The notes beneath the pieces are model-generated. The model had not been told where the DNA came from, did no database searches, and saw only the letters and a program-made list of their open reading frames with translations. The position numbers were made by a program, and so were the translations under genes. From positions 1 through 56,720 of IMG/VR virus record IMGVR_UViG_3300045911_000181: DNA of 56,720 nt. One strand, given 5' to 3'. Below are positions 36,689 through 46,664 of the stretch, piece by piece (within the stretch, counting starts at the first letter, position 1; each line of letters starts with the position of its first letter). This DNA is from a virus (taxonomy: Duplodnaviria > Caudoviricetes).

Positions 36689-37912
36689 ATGGCAAAGAAG
36701 AAAGGAACTGAAGAAAACGAGCAACGCAAAGCCGACAAGAAAGCCAAGGCGAAGAAAGCCGCCGGGCTGTTTTCCAAGCTAGGCGAAATCATGAAGAACC
36801 CGCTTGCTGCCCCGGCAAGTGCTGAACATCACTCCGGGTTGACCAATGGGTTCATTGATACCGGATGCTATCTCTTGAACGCACTCATCAGCGGTTCGAT
36901 GCGTGGTGGCTTCCCCGGCAACCACATCACCGCGCTGGCGGGCGCGCCGTCCACCGGCAAGACCTATTTCGCATTGACAGCAGTCAAGCGCTTCCTCGAC
37001 AAGAACCCGGACGGCTACGTCCTGTATGTCGAAACGGAAGGCGCGGTCTACAAGGAAATGCTCGAAGAGTGGGACATCGACACGGAACGCTGTATCATCG
37101 TTCCGCTGAACACTGTCGAAGAACTCAAGCATCAGCTTTCCAACTTCATCGCGGCCTATCGCAAGGAAGACAACGCTGTGCCCTGTTTCGTCGTGCTCGA
37201 CTCCGCTGGCATGCTTTCGACGACTAAGGAAGTCACGGACGCCTTGGAAGGCAAACAGGCCCGTGACATGACCCGCGCACAACTCTTGCGCGGCGCTATG
37301 CGCATCCTGACCTATCCCTTGCGTCAGGCTCAAGTGCCTTTCCTGTTCACGAACCACACCTACGACGTGCCGGGCGCATACGTGCCGACGAAGAACATGG
37401 CGGGCGGCGATGGTCTGGTCTACGCCGCTTCGGTGGTGATCGAACTGGACAACCGGCGGCTGAAAGAAGGTCACAAGGACGTAGCGACCAAGGAATTCAC
37501 TGCGAAGGATGCGGTGGGTGGAGCGGCTGAAAAGAAGGCTAAGGATGTGGTCGCCAACATCGTCAAGGTGAAACTGAAGAAGGGCCGGTTCACGCGCGAC
37601 GGCAAGGAGATCGAAGTCTATCTGGATCACCGGCGCGGACTGTTGCCGTATTTCGGTTTGGTGGAGTTTGGTCTGAAGCACGGCATTTTGAAGAAGGAAG
37701 GCAACTATGTGCATTTCCCGACTGGTGCCAAGGGTTTTGTCAGCGCCATCAACACAAATCCCGAACAGTATTTCACCGATGAAGTGATGGCTAAACTGGA
37801 AGAAGCCTGTATCGCGGAGTTCACTTTCAAGGGTCGGCTGGCAAGGCCGGACGAAGTGGAAATCGAAGCGGTTGTGGGTGAAGAAGAAGAGGAAGCACCT
37901 GAAAATGAGTAA
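36689..37912 (+). CDS. uvsX: RecA-like recombinase UvsX
   Basis: IDTG, GAPSTGKT, LDSAGMLST.KE, DMTRAQ, TNHTY, YAAS. Confidence 0.95.
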   Translation: MAKKKGTEENEQRKADKKAKAKKAAGLFSKLGEIMKNPLAAPASAEHHSGLTNGFIDTGCYLLNALISGSMRGGFPGNHITALAGAPSTGKTYFALTAVKRFLDKNPDGYVLYVETEGAVYKEMLEEWDIDTERCIIVPLNTVEELKHQLSNFIAAYRKEDNAVPCFVVLDSAGMLSTTKEVTDALEGKQARDMTRAQLLRGAMRILTYPLRQAQVPFLFTNHTYDVPGAYVPTKNMAGGDGLVYAASVVIELDNRRLKEGHKDVATKEFTAKDAVGGAAEKKAKDVVANIVKVKLKKGRFTRDGKEIEVYLDHRRGLLPYFGLVEFGLKHGILKKEGNYVHFPTGAKGFVSAINTNPEQYFTDEVMAKLEEACIAEFTFKGRLARPDEVEIEAVVGEEEEEAPENE

Positions 37913-38303
37913 CGACCGCGCCTTTGAGAATTACGACGACGCTTACGAAGTCGTCGAACATCCTTCAATGGCGGCGGGTAACTACTGCATCCGGTTCCGG
38001 CAAGCACCATTTGCCGGAACCGTGATTGCACCAAAGACCTTCCATTTGACGGGTGTTGAAGGGACCGAAGAGATGAAGATGGATTTCGAATACGACATCC
38101 TCGAATCACCTACCGGCCCATCGGATGAATTGGAGAAAGACCAGACCTTCCAGCTACATGTTGGCCGGATCATTCTCAACCTGTACGAACGCACGATGGC
38201 AAATGTGCTAGAGCCGGGCGAAACAATCACGCATGATGATGGAACCGTCGAAGTCCAGTACGAAATCGGGGACGCGCGTCCGCATGGAGAAGTAGTTGAA
38301 TGA
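37905..38303 (+). CDS. putative head vertex assembly chaperone (gp40-like)
   Basis: Position between uvsX and gp41 as in T4; FEYDILE.P...F...VG.I pattern. Confidence 0.5.
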   Translation: MSNDRAFENYDDAYEVVEHPSMAAGNYCIRFRQAPFAGTVIAPKTFHLTGVEGTEEMKMDFEYDILESPTGPSDELEKDQTFQLHVGRIILNLYERTMANVLEPGETITHDDGTVEVQYEIGDARPHGEVVE

Positions 38304-38602
38304 CCCTCGAAGAATATCTGGAACGGCAACAAGTCTGGTCTGAAGCAACATTTGGTCCCGGCCAGCGCACGGGCGGGATCACCAAGCACATCGAAAAAGA
38401 GATCAATGAAGTGCGGGAGAATCCGCGCGACTTGTCCGAATGGATCGATGTGATGATTCTTGCTATGGATGGCTACTGGCGACATGGTGGAACCCCGGAA
38501 ACCCTGATGCGGGACCTGATCGCCAAGCAAGCGAAAAATATGAGTCGCCGATATGCGCCGCCCACATCGGAAGACGAACCATCGGAGCACATTCGCACAT
38601 GA
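38300..38602 (+). CDS. DUF550 dATP/dGTP pyrophosphohydrolase
   Basis: WS..TFGPG.R..G..KHIEKE..EV...P.DL.EWIDV.ILA.DG.WR...KQ.KN..R. Confidence 0.85.
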   Translation: MTLEEYLERQQVWSEATFGPGQRTGGITKHIEKEINEVRENPRDLSEWIDVMILAMDGYWRHGGTPETLMRDLIAKQAKNMSRRYAPPTSEDEPSEHIRT

Positions 38603-38970
38603 TTCGCCAAGAGACAATTGATCGGGCTATTGAAATTTCCAAGAAAAGTTTCCCCGACCGTACCTTCGACAAAGATTCGTTGGCCCGTTTGATGGGTCTT
38701 CTTTTGGAAGAGAGCGGTGAATTGTCCGGGGCCATTCGATCCTACTTCGGACGGAAATACCGTCCTGACGTGGCGACGGGCAATATCGAAAATGTGAAGG
38801 GTGAAGTAGGCGATATCCTGACAGTGATGAATGGCGTTTGCACGCTATTCGGAATCACGATGGACGAATGTCTTTCGATGGCAAACGATAAGCTACAGCG
38901 GCGATACGATCAGGAACAAATGCGTGTCGCCGCCGCCGGGCTTCCTCCGTTTGAGCGGATCGATCACTAA
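38599..38970 (+). CDS. MazG-like nucleotide pyrophosphohydrolase
   Basis: LLEESGEL...EVGDIL...N..KL..RY. Confidence 0.85.
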   Translation: MIRQETIDRAIEISKKSFPDRTFDKDSLARLMGLLLEESGELSGAIRSYFGRKYRPDVATGNIENVKGEVGDILTVMNGVCTLFGITMDECLSMANDKLQRRYDQEQMRVAAAGLPPFERIDH

Positions 38971-39006
38971 GAAGCCACCGGCAAAAACATCCCATAGAAG
39001 AGGCCA

Positions 39007-40482
39007 ATGAGCATTAGCCCTACACGTGTGGAACCACTCATTTTGCGTGAACTCTTTAGAAATGAAGAGTTTATGCGGAAAGTGACTCCGTTTCTTCGAC
39101 CCGACTACTTCGACGACAAGGCCGAACGGTTGGTATATGAAACCGCGTCGAAACACATTCAAGAGTACAACCATTCCCCTTCCACGGAAGTCATTCGCCT
39201 GAATTTCAGTCAGCGCGGGATGGATGGGAAAGAGTTCGCCGATTGCATGGAAGTCGTTGGCGAATTGGAAAACGAGATTCCGAAGGCGGAACCTGTCCAA
39301 CTGAAATGGATGCTGGACACCACTGAAAAATGGTGTAAGGATCAGGCCATCGCGAATGCTGTTCTCAAGGCGGTGGAGATTCTGGAAGACAAAGCCGGGC
39401 ATGATCGTGGCAAGATTCCCGGCATGCTATCCGAAGCGCTGGCTATCAGTTTCGACAATAAAATCGGTCACCGTTACTTCGATGAAGCGGCTGATCGGTA
39501 TGACAGCTACCACCTGAAAGAAGCTAAGCTGCCTTTCAATATCGGAAACTTCAATCGAGTGACGGATGGTGGTGTGCCGTCCAAGACACTCAACATCGTC
39601 ATGGCGGGCACCGGTGTCGGTAAGTCGCTGTTCCTCTGCCACCATGCCGCGCATTGCCTGAAGATGGGCAAAAACGTCTTGTACATCACGCTGGAACTTT
39701 CGGAGAAGGCAGTTGGTGAACGTATCGACGAAAACCTGTTGCGGATGACCCGTGAAGATTTGCGGGAGATGTCAAAAGACGATTACCTTGCTGAACTTGC
39801 CAAGATGCAAGAACAGTACAAGAGTCATCTGGTCATTCGGGAATTTCCGACATCATCGGCCCATGTGGGTCATTTCCGCGCGCTGTTGAATGAGTTGCTG
39901 TTGAAGCAAAAGTTCAAGCCGGATGTCATCATGGTTGACTATCTGAACATCTGTGCCAGTCAGCGCTATAAGAGCATTGAATCGTCGTATAGCTACGTCA
40001 AGGCTATTGCGGAAGAGGTTCGCGGACTGGCCGTGGAATTCGACGTGCCGATTTTCTCCGCGACTCAGGTGAACCGGGGTGGCTTCAACGATGTGGATGT
40101 GGATCTGACTGATACGTCCGAATCGTTCGGCCTTCCGTTCACGGCGGATTTCTTCTTCGCTCTGATCGAAACCGAAGAGTACAAGACGATGAAGAAACTG
40201 AAGGTCAAGGTTTTGAAGAATCGCTACGGTACCCTTGGCAATCCGTTCATCATCGGCGTGGACAAGGCCCGGATGATGCTCTTTGAAGCGGAAGACGAAG
40301 CGCAAGCCGACATCCATAACAGTGACGTATCCATCGCCAAGTATGAGCAAAAGAAGGCGACCTTGCGCATGAATCCCGAAGATGCCGAAACGGATTCTGA
40401 GCAAAAATTTCAAGCCCGGTTCACACGCGGAATGCAGATCATTTCCAAATTGACGGGCGGCAAGGATGATATGAAATGGTAG
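39007..40482 (+). CDS. 41: replicative helicase gp41
   Basis: AGTGVGKS, YITLE, EFPT, VDYLNIC, IAEEVRGLAVE, SATQ.NR, SESFGLP.TAD, LKNRY. Confidence 0.97.
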   Translation: MSISPTRVEPLILRELFRNEEFMRKVTPFLRPDYFDDKAERLVYETASKHIQEYNHSPSTEVIRLNFSQRGMDGKEFADCMEVVGELENEIPKAEPVQLKWMLDTTEKWCKDQAIANAVLKAVEILEDKAGHDRGKIPGMLSEALAISFDNKIGHRYFDEAADRYDSYHLKEAKLPFNIGNFNRVTDGGVPSKTLNIVMAGTGVGKSLFLCHHAAHCLKMGKNVLYITLELSEKAVGERIDENLLRMTREDLREMSKDDYLAELAKMQEQYKSHLVIREFPTSSAHVGHFRALLNELLLKQKFKPDVIMVDYLNICASQRYKSIESSYSYVKAIAEEVRGLAVEFDVPIFSATQVNRGGFNDVDVDLTDTSESFGLPFTADFFFALIETEEYKTMKKLKVKVLKNRYGTLGNPFIIGVDKARMMLFEAEDEAQADIHNSDVSIAKYEQKKATLRMNPEDAETDSEQKFQARFTRGMQIISKLTGGKDDMKW

Positions 40483-40492
40483 AGGGCACACT

Positions 40493-41065
40493 ATGAGTTT
40501 CACCAGCGATTACATTCGCGTCTATCACAATGTCCTTCCCCTGAATCTCTGTCAGGATTTGATCGTCAAGTTTGACGACCATCCGGCAGTGATCGAAGGG
40601 GCACTCAACACAGAGCACGGAGAACACAAAGATGAGATCCGGCGCTGTACCGAACTGAACATCAGCCGTCAGGACGATCTGAAAAATCATCACGACGCAC
40701 TAACAAAGATCGGGCAAGTCGCTCTGGCGAAGTACCAGTCAGACATCAAGCATGCGATCTTTCCGGCGCAATACGGCTTTGAAGCCTTCCGCATGAAAAA
40801 GTATGCGCCGGAACGCGGCGACCATTTTGCGCTGCATGTGGATGTGGCGGACTATGCCAGTGCGCGGCGGTTCTTGGCATTTTTCTGGTATCTCAACGAC
40901 GTGGAGAAGGGTGGGGAGACGTATTTCCCGGATATGAACATTCAGGTGCGCCCGCGCGCGGGAAGTCTTTTGATGTTCCCGCCGCTGTGGTTATACCCGC
41001 ATGTGGGACAGAAACCGATCAGCAACAACAAGTACATCGTGGGTAGCTACGCTCACTATCTATAG
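40493..41065 (+). CDS. 2OG-Fe(II) oxygenase (prolyl-hydroxylase-like)
   Basis: HVD, YLNDV..GGET.F, FPP.W.YPH, K.I. Confidence 0.9.
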   Translation: MSFTSDYIRVYHNVLPLNLCQDLIVKFDDHPAVIEGALNTEHGEHKDEIRRCTELNISRQDDLKNHHDALTKIGQVALAKYQSDIKHAIFPAQYGFEAFRMKKYAPERGDHFALHVDVADYASARRFLAFFWYLNDVEKGGETYFPDMNIQVRPRAGSLLMFPPLWLYPHVGQKPISNNKYIVGSYAHYL

Positions 41066-41080
41066 ACGAAAGGAACGGGA

Positions 41081-41389
41081 ATGATTACTCCCAAACTACT
41101 GTCCGACTTGCGGGCAATCATGGATCTGCTTAAGGAACAGGCGACCAAGTATGTCGGAGAGACGACCGGCAAGACGGCGTTTGGCCGGTTCATGTTGGCG
41201 CGGCTGGATACTCTGAATAGGATCGATGTGTACATCACCGCTGCGTCGCCGGGCGAATCTATCGGAGAGCTTCGTGATTCCATCGGTATGATCCGGGATG
41301 AGAAATTGGCGGAAATTGACGGCGATGAAACAGTCGAAACACTTGCCGTCTATATGACTGCCAAAGAGTTTTGGGACTACTTGGGTTAG
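41081..41389 (+). CDS. hypothetical protein
   Basis: 102-aa ORF with RBS, followed by a terminator. Confidence 0.65.
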   Translation: MITPKLLSDLRAIMDLLKEQATKYVGETTGKTAFGRFMLARLDTLNRIDVYITAASPGESIGELRDSIGMIRDEKLAEIDGDETVETLAVYMTAKEFWDYLG

Positions 41390-41407
41390 GCAAAACATCA
41401 GGAGTTC

Positions 41408-41447
41408 CAAAGGGCGCTCGACAGAAATGTCGGGCGCTTTCTCTTTG
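41408..41447 (+). terminator. Rho-independent terminator
   Basis: AAAGGGCGCTCGACA-GAAA-TGTCGGGCGCTTTCTCTTT. Confidence 0.8.
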
Positions 41448-41461
41448 TTAGGATATCTTTA

Positions 41462-41929
41462 GTGCAAGTTACAGCTTTCTATACACGCCGCTTGGTCGAT
41501 CCGAAATCGGCGGCACACCTTCAACAATGGTTTGATGAGAATGCGATTCCGAACACGATTCCGCCGGATCAATTGCATTGTTCCGTCATCACTGCGACGG
41601 AAGAGATTCCGTCCTACCGGCCAGACCCGGTTCCGGTGCTGATCCGCCCGAAGGAATACCGGTTGACTTTCTTGAAGGAAGCGCTGGTTATCGCGTTTGA
41701 TTCTCCGATGCTGAAGCGGGCGTGGGATCGGGCGGTACAGATGGGTGTGGGATTGAAGTATCCAAAATACGTGGGGCACGTGAGTGTGTCCTACTCCGTG
41801 CCCCTTGAGTTTGAATTGTCTGAAGTGAAACCACCGACGTTTCCGATTCGGTTGTTATCCGAAGAGTCCGCGCCGGTCACCCCGCTGTGGTTTAGTGCAA
41901 GCCCAACTTCTGAACCTGTAGCGGCGTGA
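41462..41929 (+). CDS. 2H phosphoesterase, Acb1/T4 gp57B-like
   Basis: W..EN.IPN.I..DQLHCSV and YPKYVGHVSVSY (two HxS motifs). Confidence 0.75.
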   Translation: MQVTAFYTRRLVDPKSAAHLQQWFDENAIPNTIPPDQLHCSVITATEEIPSYRPDPVPVLIRPKEYRLTFLKEALVIAFDSPMLKRAWDRAVQMGVGLKYPKYVGHVSVSYSVPLEFELSEVKPPTFPIRLLSEESAPVTPLWFSASPTSEPVAA

Positions 41930-42674
41930 GTGCCCATTTGGTATCCGTGTCTAGTTCGCCGTTGTTGCGGACCAGTTCGTGATACCACTTGCCCTTTTTG
42001 GTCTTGTAGGCATACATGCCTTTGTAGCCATGCGCCCGGTCTTTCTTGCCTAGTGCCGCTGCCCACTGTGATGTGGAGAAATACTTGTAGTCCGCGTATT
42101 CGTCGCCGTACTTCTTGAAGTGCTCATCGGCGTCGATGCCTTCAGACAAAGCATTTCCTTTCGGCTGGTAGGAGTTCGAGAAAGCCGAAATCGGCGACCG
42201 GCTACCGCGACCCTTGTTATAGTCGGACGGCCACGGCATGCGTTCATTCCACTTTGCGTCCTTTTCAGCCTTGCTCAGCGGCTTCTTTTCGACGGCCTTG
42301 AATCCTTTGTGGTCCGGGTTGGGTTGCGGTGTCACGATCCCGCCGATGCTTTTTGCATAGTGATTTGCGGCATTCTTGTCGGCAAATTCACGCGCTCCAA
42401 CCCACACATGCTGTGGAGCTTCTTTCAGCTTCGCGGCGTTGGTCCATTCATCGACTTTCTGTTGCTTGGCGGCTGAGAACAGATCGATGTCCGGGTTGAT
42501 AATGATGTCTTCCTTCTCACCGGAAGGTTCTGACAGTTCTTCTTCGTAGTCTTCGTTCACTTCCGCACAGCCACATGTGTCAGCGTCGCCGCCGCATACT
42601 TCACACACCGGCACGTTGTCGATCACTTCGCGGATTGACTTGAGAACGGCTTCGTCAACTTGCATGAGGTTCAT
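41892..42674 (-). CDS. late hypothetical protein, possibly virion-associated
   Basis: TAAATA 6 nt before ATG; repeated (L/V)xE motifs; CxxC. Confidence 0.6.
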   Translation of the reverse strand: MNLMQVDEAVLKSIREVIDNVPVCEVCGGDADTCGCAEVNEDYEEELSEPSGEKEDIIINPDIDLFSAAKQQKVDEWTNAAKLKEAPQHVWVGAREFADKNAANHYAKSIGGIVTPQPNPDHKGFKAVEKKPLSKAEKDAKWNERMPWPSDYNKGRGSRSPISAFSNSYQPKGNALSEGIDADEHFKKYGDEYADYKYFSTSQWAAALGKKDRAHGYKGMYAYKTKKGKWYHELVRNNGELDTDTKWALTPLQVQKLGLH

Positions 42675-42791
42675 GTTCTTTATTTATCGCCAGACATTGA
42701 TATGCAAGAACATAGGCGACTCAACACCCCCACCCCTACCCCTCTAAAACCCGGTGCCTCTAAATAGCATTGGAGGTTTCCTCAAAGAGAC

Positions 42792-45053
42792 ATGTCTTGG
42801 ACACTTACACAACCACCCAATTGGGTACCTGATGCAATCGCAACTGACCGTGGATGGGTTGATCCTGCCACTGGTGAGTTGATCGTTGCAATTCGCGGTC
42901 TGAACGTCAAGAACGCTGGCCCCGCTGTCGTAAAGGTTTCGCGCATCGGCAACATCACGAAGTATGGCCGGACGACGACGCTTTCGTTCCGTGTCAAGTT
43001 TAACGAAGTTGTCGTGGTCACGGGTACGCCGCGTATTCCGTTGACGATTGGTGCGAACAGCGGCCTGTTTGCGACTTACACGTCGGGCACCGGCACTTCG
43101 AGCTTGGTTTTCAGCTACGCCATCCAGAACGTTGATTCGGGTGCGATTTCGATTGCTAGCCCGATTGCCTTGAACGGCGGTACGATCAAAGATGCGACGG
43201 ATACCGCTGCGACGTTGACCTTCACCCCGCCGAATACGGCTGGTATGACGGTAGACACCACCTTGCCGACTGCTAACGATTCAGCCGACATCACTCCGCT
43301 CAATTTTGTGACTGGCGATAACCTTGATGTGGTCGTCAATTTCAGTGAGCCGGTAGAAGTGACCGGTACGCCGCGCGTTGAATTGGATCTGGACGGCGCA
43401 CAAGCATTTGCCAACTATGCTTCTGGTTCCGGCACCAGCGCATTGACTTTCCGTTACGTTGTCCAGTCGGCTGATTCGGTTGACGCCGGTACGTTCGACG
43501 TGGTGAACACGACGGGCAATGCGACCATCGATTTGAACGGCGGTACGATCAAGGACTTGGCTGGTAACTCGACCGGTACGCCGGACTTCACCATCCCGAC
43601 CAACTTGGCGAACGTGACGTTGAATTCGACCGCCGCTCCGACCATTTCGAGCGTGACTTTCAATTCCGGCAACGGCCCGCACAGTTTGGCGAAGACCAGT
43701 GTTCTCAGCTTCACTGTGAATTTCAACAAGGATGTGGTCGTGACTGGTTCGCCACGCATGACTCTTTCGGTCAATGGCAACGCAAAGAACGCCACCTATG
43801 TGAGCGGATCTGGCTCGAAGGCATTGGTCTTCCAGTATGCTGTCGTGTCCGGTGACAATGCGACGGCTGGTCAGTTCACAGTGTCTAGCCCGTTGACGTT
43901 GAATGGTGGAACGATCAAGGACATCTATGGCACCAACGCCACGTTGACCTTCACCCCGCCCACCGTTTCGAGCGTCGTTATCAACAATACGGCCCCCGCC
44001 GCCCCGACTGTTGCATTCGTTCAGGGTGCTGGCAACTACAATACCGGTGATGTGTTCGAGTTCACGGCAACCTACGTCGGCAACATCGCCGTGGTTGGTT
44101 CGCCGCGCATTCCGTTTACGATCAATGGAGTTCAGCGCTATGCGATGTTCTCCAGCGTCGCTTCCAACATCCTAACCTTCTCCTACACGGTTCAGGCATC
44201 GGATGCGGCTACCAGTGGTCAGATCGTCCTGACTTCTCCCATCGATTTGAACGGTGGAACGATTAAGGACTTGGCGGATAACGTTGCTGTTGTAACGTTC
44301 ACCCCGCCGTCGATGGCTGGCGTTGTGATTGACAACGTTGCTCCGACGATCAGCACGGTGACCGGCCCGTCCGGTGGTCCGAACTACAAGTTGGGCGATA
44401 CATTGACACTGACGGCGACCTTCAGCGAAGCCGTGACGGTTACGGGCACCCCGCGCATTGCTATGGATGTGAACTTCACGACCAAGTATGCGACCTACGT
44501 TTCGGGCACTGGCACCACGACTTTGACGTTCACCTACACGGTTGCGTCGAACGACAATGCCAACTTGCCGGGAACGTTCGCTCTGATTTCGCCGATGCAG
44601 TTGAACGGTGGAACCATTGTAGATGCGGCTGGTAACCCGATCACGAACCTCAACTTCAACTTGCCGGACAATTCGGCGAAGCGGGTTGACGGTGTGGCAC
44701 CGGCTTCCCCGGTTGTTACAATCAGCGGCGACACGTCCAATGCATTTGTCACTGGCAACGTGTTGACACTGACGGCGACCTTCAACGAAGCTGTTGTTGT
44801 GACCAACACGCCGCGCATCGCTGTGACCATCGGTGGCAACACCCGTCAGGCGAACTACGTTTCGGGTTCTGGAACCAATGCGTTGGTCTTCCAGTACACC
44901 ATCGTGGGTGGCGACAGCGCAACGGCGGGCAACGTGACGACGGGTGCGGTGATCGACCTGAACACGACTGGAACGGTCAAGGACGTGGTTGGCAACAACG
45001 CAACGTTGACCTTCTTGCAGCCGAACTTCATCGTGACAAAGACCGTCAACTAA
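42792..45053 (+). CDS. putative capsid decoration (Hoc-like) protein with six Ig-like repeats
   Basis: N-terminal AIATDRGW motif; six ~120-aa repeats F.E.V.VTG.PR...Y.SG.G...L.F.Y...LNGGTI.D; TAAATA at 42761. Confidence 0.75.
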   Translation: MSWTLTQPPNWVPDAIATDRGWVDPATGELIVAIRGLNVKNAGPAVVKVSRIGNITKYGRTTTLSFRVKFNEVVVVTGTPRIPLTIGANSGLFATYTSGTGTSSLVFSYAIQNVDSGAISIASPIALNGGTIKDATDTAATLTFTPPNTAGMTVDTTLPTANDSADITPLNFVTGDNLDVVVNFSEPVEVTGTPRVELDLDGAQAFANYASGSGTSALTFRYVVQSADSVDAGTFDVVNTTGNATIDLNGGTIKDLAGNSTGTPDFTIPTNLANVTLNSTAAPTISSVTFNSGNGPHSLAKTSVLSFTVNFNKDVVVTGSPRMTLSVNGNAKNATYVSGSGSKALVFQYAVVSGDNATAGQFTVSSPLTLNGGTIKDIYGTNATLTFTPPTVSSVVINNTAPAAPTVAFVQGAGNYNTGDVFEFTATYVGNIAVVGSPRIPFTINGVQRYAMFSSVASNILTFSYTVQASDAATSGQIVLTSPIDLNGGTIKDLADNVAVVTFTPPSMAGVVIDNVAPTISTVTGPSGGPNYKLGDTLTLTATFSEAVTVTGTPRIAMDVNFTTKYATYVSGTGTTTLTFTYTVASNDNANLPGTFALISPMQLNGGTIVDAAGNPITNLNFNLPDNSAKRVDGVAPASPVVTISGDTSNAFVTGNVLTLTATFNEAVVVTNTPRIAVTIGGNTRQANYVSGSGTNALVFQYTIVGGDSATAGNVTTGAVIDLNTTGTVKDVVGNNATLTFLQPNFIVTKTVN

Positions 45054-45074
45054 GGGTAATTTTCTCCCTCTTCA

Positions 45075-45101
45075 GGCCGGGCCTTCGGGTCCGGCCTTTT
45101 T
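45075..45101 (+). terminator. Rho-independent terminator (repeated element, copy 2)
   Basis: GGCCGGGCC-TTCG-GGTCCGGCC-TTTTT. Confidence 0.9.
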
Positions 45102-45140
45102 CTTTTCAACAGTCTCGTTTCACGAAGAGTAAATATCGGT

Positions 45141-46361
45141 GTGAAACGGACAATCTACGAAGCCCCGACGTGTGACCCCAACCATGTCGTTACGCAATCT
45201 GATTTGAATGCTCTGGAACGGCATTTGGACCAAGTATGGAACAAGTTGGGGATAGATATTGCATTCACGCGGCATTTCTTGGACCGTGTGAACGATGCCC
45301 GGAACGGAAAACAGATCACGCTCTGTGAACTGGCCCGAATTTTTCTGGAGACATTCCGTCAACACGGCAAGAAATTGACCGGCATCAGCGCCCGCGAATG
45401 GGAAGCAGTGTTGTCGGACAAACTGACAAATGTGAACGTGCCGTTCGTTCTGAAGCATAACGGCAAAGAAGTGGAAATCGTGGCAAAGACAGTCATGCGG
45501 AAGCCGAACTTCCACACGCCTGATCCGAAGTTGGTGGTGGCACATTTCCGACAGGGAGAGAAGAAGATGTCAAAAACGTTGCGTGAGTGGACCGGTTTCG
45601 GTCTTCCTCAAAATGATCCTGTGGCCGGTGTCTACGCCGTCGATGATGTCGATGTCAACCCGTCCCAAATCGATGACCCGGAAGTGTTGACCATGCTGAA
45701 TGGTTTCCTTGCGTCTCTGACCAAGAAGACCTTCATCAATCCGTACTATCCTGTCCAACAGGCGTTTTCTAAGCTGAGTGCGGTTGGCCTGTCTTTCCCG
45801 CTACGTGGGTTGGATTTGGGTGGTGATACGGGTGTTGTCCTTGTGCCGGTGTCTCATTTTGGTGGCCGTTTGGGGCGAAACCTTGATGGATCGTGGGCAG
45901 ACAACGACGGTATTTCAGAGAAGATCCCCGGCGGCATCTTCCTCAAGATCACCTACACACAGTCCAATGGTGAGTTTGTAGTGAACATGCAATTGGTCCC
46001 GGCGGAAGATGGGATTCAGTTGGACCCGGACGCTGACGATGAAATGGAACTGGACACCACGGATATCGAAGAGGATGTGACGACCGGAACGTCAGATGCG
46101 ACGACCGATGAGTATCCGTTCGACTCTGACTTCCAACCGACTCAAGACGGTGAGACTATCTTTGACGCCGTGAGCTTCGAATCTTTCGTTGCCAAGGGCC
46201 GGAAGATCGCGGAAGCGGCGAACAGCATCACTGTGAAGCCTTCGACGCGGAAAAAGGGCATGTATGATGTCATCGTCGGAAGCATTCCCCGGATCACCAA
46301 GCCGACCTTGAGGGGTGCCAATGGTTATGCAAGTCGCATCGCCAAGGAAAACCGCACATGA
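45141..46361 (+). CDS. late hypothetical protein, probably two genes fused in frame (second start 45567)
   Basis: FTRHFLDRVNDARN...KTVMRKPNF domain; internal GGAGA RBS and ATG (MSKTLREW). Confidence 0.65.
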   Translation: MKRTIYEAPTCDPNHVVTQSDLNALERHLDQVWNKLGIDIAFTRHFLDRVNDARNGKQITLCELARIFLETFRQHGKKLTGISAREWEAVLSDKLTNVNVPFVLKHNGKEVEIVAKTVMRKPNFHTPDPKLVVAHFRQGEKKMSKTLREWTGFGLPQNDPVAGVYAVDDVDVNPSQIDDPEVLTMLNGFLASLTKKTFINPYYPVQQAFSKLSAVGLSFPLRGLDLGGDTGVVLVPVSHFGGRLGRNLDGSWADNDGISEKIPGGIFLKITYTQSNGEFVVNMQLVPAEDGIQLDPDADDEMELDTTDIEEDVTTGTSDATTDEYPFDSDFQPTQDGETIFDAVSFESFVAKGRKIAEAANSITVKPSTRKKGMYDVIVGSIPRITKPTLRGANGYASRIAKENRT

Positions 46362-46657
46362 CTTTCACCCCGCTCAAGGAAGATCAGTTGCAAGAAGCGG
46401 ATGCGAAGGTAATCCTGAACATCCCCGGCGTTCCCTCGAACTATGCGACTTTGCCGCTTGGTCGGAAGATGGATCACCATGCAGCCATCAAGAAGTTCAA
46501 GGATGAAGCTAAGCGGACCCATTTCGGAGCGAAGGGCAAGCCAATCATGAAGGCGTTCGGTGAATTCAAGCGGCTAAACAATGTTAGCCAATGGTACTTC
46601 TTGGATCGCGGGCCGCAAGGGATGAAGGACGATTCCGTGGAGATTTGGTACAAGTAA
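46358..46657 (+). CDS. hypothetical protein
   Basis: 99-aa coupled ORF. Confidence 0.65.
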   Translation: MTFTPLKEDQLQEADAKVILNIPGVPSNYATLPLGRKMDHHAAIKKFKDEAKRTHFGAKGKPIMKAFGEFKRLNNVSQWYFLDRGPQGMKDDSVEIWYK

Positions 46658-46664
46658 GTTTCGC

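Noticed and set aside
42792-45053. DGR target in the Ig-repeat gene
   Set aside because: No reverse transcriptase and no near-identical repeat pair differing at adenines
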